A DNA stretch of 50,768 bases from a phage, in sequence record NC_101820.1; one strand, written 5' to 3'. The translations under genes and the position numbers were made by a program. The notes under the pieces were generated by a model. The model saw only the letters and a program-made list of their open reading frames with translations, searched no databases and was not told where the DNA came from. This document shows positions 47,198-50,768 of this stretch, piece after piece. The stretch's first letter is position 1, and every line of letters starts with the position of its first letter.

Positions 47198-47216
47198 CTT
47201 TTAACAAAAAGTGCTA
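47198..47216 (-). promoter_or_regulatory. conserved 19-nt motif with GCCAGGTG/CACCTGGC hairpin and CATAAT at offset +37
   Basis: Minus strand TAGCACTTTTTGTTAAAAG then hairpin then CATAAT, CACATCGAAC, RBS and ATG 47144. Confidence 0.5.
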
Positions 47217-47930
47217 TTTTGAGTTTGACTCAAATACGGCGCGAGCAAAGCCGCGCGGAGTGAGGGAGCGGATCATCTTTGTGCGCGATGACTTGCCGCC
47301 AGTTTTGGCCCAGCCTGGATTATCTTTGTCTTCCTCTTTCGGCAGGATTAAAGCGCGTGGAGGAATAACAAAGCCATTGCCAGTCCAGAGGCACGTTTTC
47401 TTAAAGTAGCGATCCCGCGCCGGAATAATATCAGGGAAGTCGGGATGTTTATCATCTTCCGGCAGATAGCCAGCGTAATCGCACGGATGGAACGTATAAT
47501 CAGGTTTTCGCCATAACGTTGACAACTTGCCAACCGGATTTTCGATCATGTAAGGAACACCGAAATAATCAGCTATATCATCCGCGATTCTGCAAGTGTC
47601 GGCGGCCTCATCCTGGAACGATGGATTCTCAAGGCGTTTTTTGGCCCAATGGCGAGATCCGCTATTTGCAAGGTCGGTGCAAGGAGGGAACGCCATAATA
47701 AAATCAGGATTGCCCCACTCATTATTGATTGCCTTAACATAAAAAGCATCATCAATCCAGACGTTAACGTATTCGATATTCTCATGCTGTATGCGCACTG
47801 ACTGGTAATCACCGTGATCGCCGCCGTCAGCATTAAAGCAAATGCACTTATAGCCATTATCAGCCCAATCTTTAACGGCTTTACCAGATCCATCAAATAG
47901 GGAGAATATTAAACCTTTATACATCGTCAT
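47214..47930 (-). CDS. C5-cytosine methyltransferase-like protein
   Basis: Motif I-like IFSLFDGSG, motif IV-like FPPCTDLANSG (catalytic Cys) and motif VI-like MIENPVG; start refined to ATG 47930. Confidence 0.55.
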   Translation of the reverse strand: MTMYKGLIFSLFDGSGKAVKDWADNGYKCICFNADGGDHGDYQSVRIQHENIEYVNVWIDDAFYVKAINNEWGNPDFIMAFPPCTDLANSGSRHWAKKRLENPSFQDEAADTCRIADDIADYFGVPYMIENPVGKLSTLWRKPDYTFHPCDYAGYLPEDDKHPDFPDIIPARDRYFKKTCLWTGNGFVIPPRALILPKEEDKDNPGWAKTGGKSSRTKMIRSLTPRGFARAVFESNSK

Positions 47931-47934
47931 TACC

Positions 47935-48159
47935 TCAAAACGGAAAACAGCGCGGACAACCAGGATCGAAATCGCATCCACAATCATTAACAATCATAGT
48001 TGGATCTGCAAATATTGCGCTTGATTCAAGATCCATATCCATATCACCTAAAGCCTCATCAAGACTCTTAATTTTATATGCCACTTCAAGCGCCGCCTCT
48101 TTATTTAGTCCGGCATCTTCTGCCATTTGAAGGCGCTCAAAAAATCCGTCTTGACTCAT
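47935..48159 (-). CDS. hypothetical protein with C-terminal Cys cluster (74 aa)
   Basis: Track ORF; C-terminus CGCDFDPGCPRCFPF. Confidence 0.5.
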   Translation of the reverse strand: MSQDGFFERLQMAEDAGLNKEAALEVAYKIKSLDEALGDMDMDLESSAIFADPTMIVNDCGCDFDPGCPRCFPF

Positions 48160-48272
48160 CGCATAATCCCCTTAATAACAGCCAAGATAATAGCCAGGCC
48201 AGCAGCAGTAACCAAAAAGCCAACCGCGCCAATAATCGAATAAAAAAAGAAATCAATAGCCTTATCTATCAT
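48156..48272 (-). CDS. small hydrophobic peptide (38 aa)
   Basis: Not in track; ATG 48272 after GAGGTGG and a hairpin; MIDKAIDFFFYSIIGAVGFLVTAAGLAIILAVIKGIMR; stop overlaps the next start. Confidence 0.35.
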   Translation of the reverse strand: MIDKAIDFFFYSIIGAVGFLVTAAGLAIILAVIKGIMR

Positions 48273-48314
48273 TTTCCACCTCATTTAAAAGGCGGCAAAA
48301 CGCCGCCATATTAA

Positions 48315-48542
48315 TTAAAGAGCACGCCAACTTTGAATATAGAAAGCGTTTTCTTCCAGTAATTCTTTTAACTGATCTTTATTGTATTTGCGCACCTTAC
48401 CGCCTGGATGGATACCAATAAGATATCCGCCTTTGCCCTCGGTGATAGTGATTTGGCTAATTCCGCAAGACTTATCAAGTTTTACAGCCACGCGGTGATG
48501 AGCGTCAATAGTTGCCATAATGTTTAAAACTTTTGCTTTCAT
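48315..48542 (-). CDS. hypothetical protein (75 aa)
   Basis: Track ORF. Confidence 0.5.
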   Translation of the reverse strand: MKAKVLNIMATIDAHHRVAVKLDKSCGISQITITEGKGGYLIGIHPGGKVRKYNKDQLKELLEENAFYIQSWRAL

Positions 48543-48650
48543 TTAAATATCCTCAATTGAAATATGAATGGCGTCGTGCTCTTTTTCCGTCGCCGCCGTA
48601 ATGGTCATTTGCAGCCGATACCATCAAGGCATTTTTGAAAATAAATAGCC

Positions 48651-48863
48651 TCATTTCTTATTTTTCATCTTAAATTTATGGCCTGGAACACCAGCACCAA
48701 TATAGCCATCGTTGTATTCCATTAAATAAAGGTGAAGGCCATTATCTGAAATTACATGAGGATCTTCTTTGAGATTTCCCATTAGTGGATATTCTTTTTC
48801 GCGCGTAAATCTCCAAGTTGAGTTATAAGTTTCTACGCATTTAAGTTTTAATTGCTTTGCCAT
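48651..48863 (-). CDS. small protein (70 aa), member of the four-copy family
   Basis: LKCVETYNS...DNGLHLYLMEYNDG resembles 2429..2650 and 2647..2892. Confidence 0.5.
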   Translation of the reverse strand: MAKQLKLKCVETYNSTWRFTREKEYPLMGNLKEDPHVISDNGLHLYLMEYNDGYIGAGVPGHKFKMKNKK

Positions 48864-49060
48864 TAGATGATCTCCATGTATGTTTCAAAGCCATTTAACT
48901 TGAACAGGCCGTTTTCACATTTGCGAACGTTCCAAGTTAGCCCTGAGTGGTACGCCTCCATATCATCAAGGTCAATGGTGATTTCAGCACCTTTCTTAAA
49001 CAAACATTTTTCGTGAGACTTGTCGCGCTTAACAACTTTAACATCAACCTGATTTTCCAT
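48863..49060 (-). CDS. small protein (65 aa), member of the four-copy family
   Basis: KCLFKKG...GLFKLNGFET pattern; leader ACAACAAACGAGGATTTAAAG nearly identical to that of plus-strand gene 3882. Confidence 0.5.
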   Translation of the reverse strand: MENQVDVKVVKRDKSHEKCLFKKGAEITIDLDDMEAYHSGLTWNVRKCENGLFKLNGFETYMEII

Positions 49061-49114
49061 CTTTAAATCCTCGTTTGTTGTCGATGCGCTTACTATACCA
49101 ATCAGCAGCGCATC

Positions 49115-49134
49115 GTTTTTAACAAAAAGTGCTA
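49115..49134 (-). promoter_or_regulatory. conserved 19-nt motif with 8-bp hairpin GATGCGCT/AGCGCATC enclosing TATAGT
   Basis: Minus strand TAAATAGCACTTTTTGTTAAAAAC; TATAGT at offset +37 in the hairpin loop. Confidence 0.5.
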
Positions 49135-49135
49135 T

Positions 49136-49399
49136 TTAGTCCAGGAATTCGATTTCACGCTCTCCAGTTAACGGATTCACAAGCCAGAATCCGAGCGGTT
49201 CGCCGTGAACACCGCCATAGAATCCAAGAGCCGTCAGATCTTCACCTTTAACGAATACCAGGTTTCCGCTACGGCTTACGTGAGACACGTTAACGATAAC
49301 CGGAAATGTGCGATCCTTAAATGCAGGCCGCAGGGCGTAACATCCGTTATTGAGCAAACGTGCTTTGCGCTTAACTGGAATAGGTGCATTAATTTTCAT
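49136..49399 (-). CDS. hypothetical protein (87 aa)
   Basis: Track ORF; its TAA stop lies within the TAAATAG of the motif. Confidence 0.55.
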   Translation of the reverse strand: MKINAPIPVKRKARLLNNGCYALRPAFKDRTFPVIVNVSHVSRSGNLVFVKGEDLTALGFYGGVHGEPLGFWLVNPLTGEREIEFLD

Positions 49400-49411
49400 G
49401 GTTATTACTCC

Positions 49412-49624
49412 TTATCGTAAAGATTTAAAGACGTATAGTTTATTGCGGTAACTATATATCCGCATTGTTATTTCTCGCAGCGCAATATATTCCTTCCTGT
49501 TTTCCGGCATCCTGGCGAGCAATAACAGACAGTATTTATAAGCGCGGTCAAGATTCCTTTCCGTGCCCCTGCAATATCCCTTATTGCGCCTGGAGCGGTA
49601 CAGCCATAACAATTTCTTGAACAT
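49412..49624 (-). CDS. small basic protein (70 aa)
   Basis: ATG 49624 after GGGAGGA; in frame with track ORF 49412..49810; R/K-rich. Confidence 0.45.
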   Translation of the reverse strand: MFKKLLWLYRSRRNKGYCRGTERNLDRAYKYCLLLLARMPENRKEYIALREITMRIYSYRNKLYVFKSLR

Positions 49625-49625
49625 T

Positions 49626-49835
49626 TCAGATCCTCCCATACAGATCGCAAACTTCGTTGATAAAACAGCGTTGAGACTCTTTATCCTGCTTCTCAAAAAT
49701 TGCGCGGCATTCAAACTTAAGATTATGCACGATGACAACAACCATATTTTCAGGTGCTGACGGGTGACGCGCTGACGCGTCGCAGATTGAAACATCCATA
49801 CCCATCTCATGTGCTTTCTTGATCACATCCAACAT
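49626..49835 (-). CDS. hypothetical protein (69 aa)
   Basis: ATG 49835 after CAGGAG; in frame with track ORF 49626..49859. Confidence 0.45.
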   Translation of the reverse strand: MLDVIKKAHEMGMDVSICDASARHPSAPENMVVVIVHNLKFECRAIFEKQDKESQRCFINEVCDLYGRI

Positions 49836-50089
49836 TTTTTCTTCTCCTGCAATAAGCAAACATCATTGATAAAATCAGCACGGCCCTTAATGTTGCTGAT
49901 GTGGAACGTCTTTTCAGCGTACAGGCCATCACCTTCAATCACGATCATTACGCGAGTCGGTTTATTCACGGGCGCACACGAAAAGAGTGGTCGCGCCGGA
50001 AGAAATTTAGTGGTCACATCCAGGTTAGCCCTGGCGGCCCTGCAAAACGCCTCCGCCAGATCCAAATCATTTTCGGTAATCACCGCCAT
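49823..50089 (-). CDS. hypothetical protein (88 aa)
   Basis: Track ORF; ATGA overlap with the upstream gene. Confidence 0.5.
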   Translation of the reverse strand: MAVITENDLDLAEAFCRAARANLDVTTKFLPARPLFSCAPVNKPTRVMIVIEGDGLYAEKTFHISNIKGRADFINDVCLLQEKKKCWM

Positions 50090-50361
50090 TACTTCTTGAT
50101 CTCCTTACTGATAAATTTCAGCACCTGGCGCAAGAAAACTTCGTTGTTGATAGTCGCTGGCAATTCTTCTTTCACTTCTTGCGGCAGATAGATATTGCAG
50201 TGCCAGGTCAAGCAATCGTAGTTAATGCGATAAGAGCAAAGCCACTCGCAATCGTTATCTGCTTCCCATATGCAGAGTTGCAGAACATCGCCAAAATCTT
50301 CAACAGTCAGATCCAGACCGTGACGCTTAGCGAAATTGAAAGTGGTTTTGCTGATGTTCAT
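50089..50361 (-). CDS. hypothetical protein (90 aa), first gene of the leftward arm
   Basis: Track ORF; RBS CAGGAG; leader contains CATCGAAACGAACC. Confidence 0.55.
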   Translation of the reverse strand: MNISKTTFNFAKRHGLDLTVEDFGDVLQLCIWEADNDCEWLCSYRINYDCLTWHCNIYLPQEVKEELPATINNEVFLRQVLKFISKEIKK

Positions 50362-50418
50362 TTACTATCTCCTGAGCGGTTCGTTTCGATGTGTGTAATG
50401 TACCCGATCAGGCGGCCT

Positions 50419-50439
50419 GATTTTTAACAAAAAGTGTTA
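50419..50439 (-). promoter_or_regulatory. conserved motif variant (TAACACTTTTTGTTAAAAATC) with hairpin and TACATT
   Basis: Minus strand motif then TCAGG/CCTGA hairpin then TACATT, CATCGAAACGAACC, RBS and ATG 50361. Confidence 0.45.
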
Positions 50440-50471
50440 TTTGACGGTTAGCACCAGGATTGTGATCGAAA

Positions 50472-50559
50472 TAATCAAAAGTAATCATTCGTAATCAAAT
50501 CGCGTCAAAATGATGATTGCCTTTGCAAATTTGATGAGAAAAGCAATCACGTTTAATCA
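50472..50559. repeat. iteron-like array of TAATCA hexamers
   Basis: TAATCA at 50472, 50482 and 50492 (exact 10-bp phasing), CAATCA at 50544 and TAATCA at 50554, plus an inverted near-copy at about 50514. Confidence 0.5.
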
Positions 50560-50768
50560 TTGGTTGCAGGGGAGATAGTGAAACCTTCCCCTCTTGCCTC
50601 ACTTTTCCGCCTGGCTGTCAGTGGTTGTTGTCTTTTGTTCACCCCTGTTACCGATTTCAGGCGGCGTGTTTCCGCGCGGTTTTCCGGTGTAGCGAAAACG
50701 AAAAAAACAAAAAAATCCCTCTATAATACATTGAAAATAAAGATTATTTATTTATATATATCTATAAC

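Overview
The window reads as a near-complete, arbitrarily linearised genome of a T1-like (Drexlerviridae-type) siphovirus of an enterobacterial host; this is inferred from gene content and order only, with no database search. Plus strand, 1-8.5 kb: about 25 small early genes, including a HAD phosphatase and a dNMP-kinase-like P-loop kinase. 8.5-28.8 kb: a lambda/T1-like morphogenesis module (terminase small and large subunits, portal, Mu-F-like head morphogenesis protein, scaffold, capsid proteins, head-tail joining proteins, major tail protein, G/GT chaperone with -1 frameshift, tape measure, M, L, K, I, J). 28.8-30.0 and 33.0-36.0 kb (minus strand): side tail fibre genes and a lipoprotein. 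30.4-33.0 kb: recombination genes (PD-(D/E)XK exonuclease, Erf-like annealing protein, SSB). 36-42.8 kb: replication and modification genes (zinc-ribbon primase, SF2 helicase, VRR-NUC nuclease, Dam-like N6-adenine methyltransferase, HTH-metallophosphoesterase). 42.9-44.1 kb: lysis cassette (pinholin-like holin, SAR endolysin, unimolecular spanin). 44.1-50.4 kb (minus strand): a second arm of small genes plus a 526-aa P-loop ATPase and a C5-cytosine-methyltransferase-like protein. The most striking feature is a 19-nt motif (TAGCACTTTTTGTTAAAAC and variants) present about 19 times. It usually contains the stop codon of the upstream gene and is followed at a fixed offset by a -10-like hexamer sitting in or beside a GC-rich hairpin. 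Other leads: TAATCA iterons phased at 10 bp, a start-less Ig-like frame after a capsid-associated gene, a tail-fibre chaperone domain split by a TG-repeat frameshift, a decayed HNH endonuclease remnant, and an attenuator-like leader. No tRNA, rRNA or CRISPR array was seen. Coordinates for small features may be off by 1-2 nt: at one locus (about 46540-46560) my reading of the sequence and the ORF track disagree by one base.
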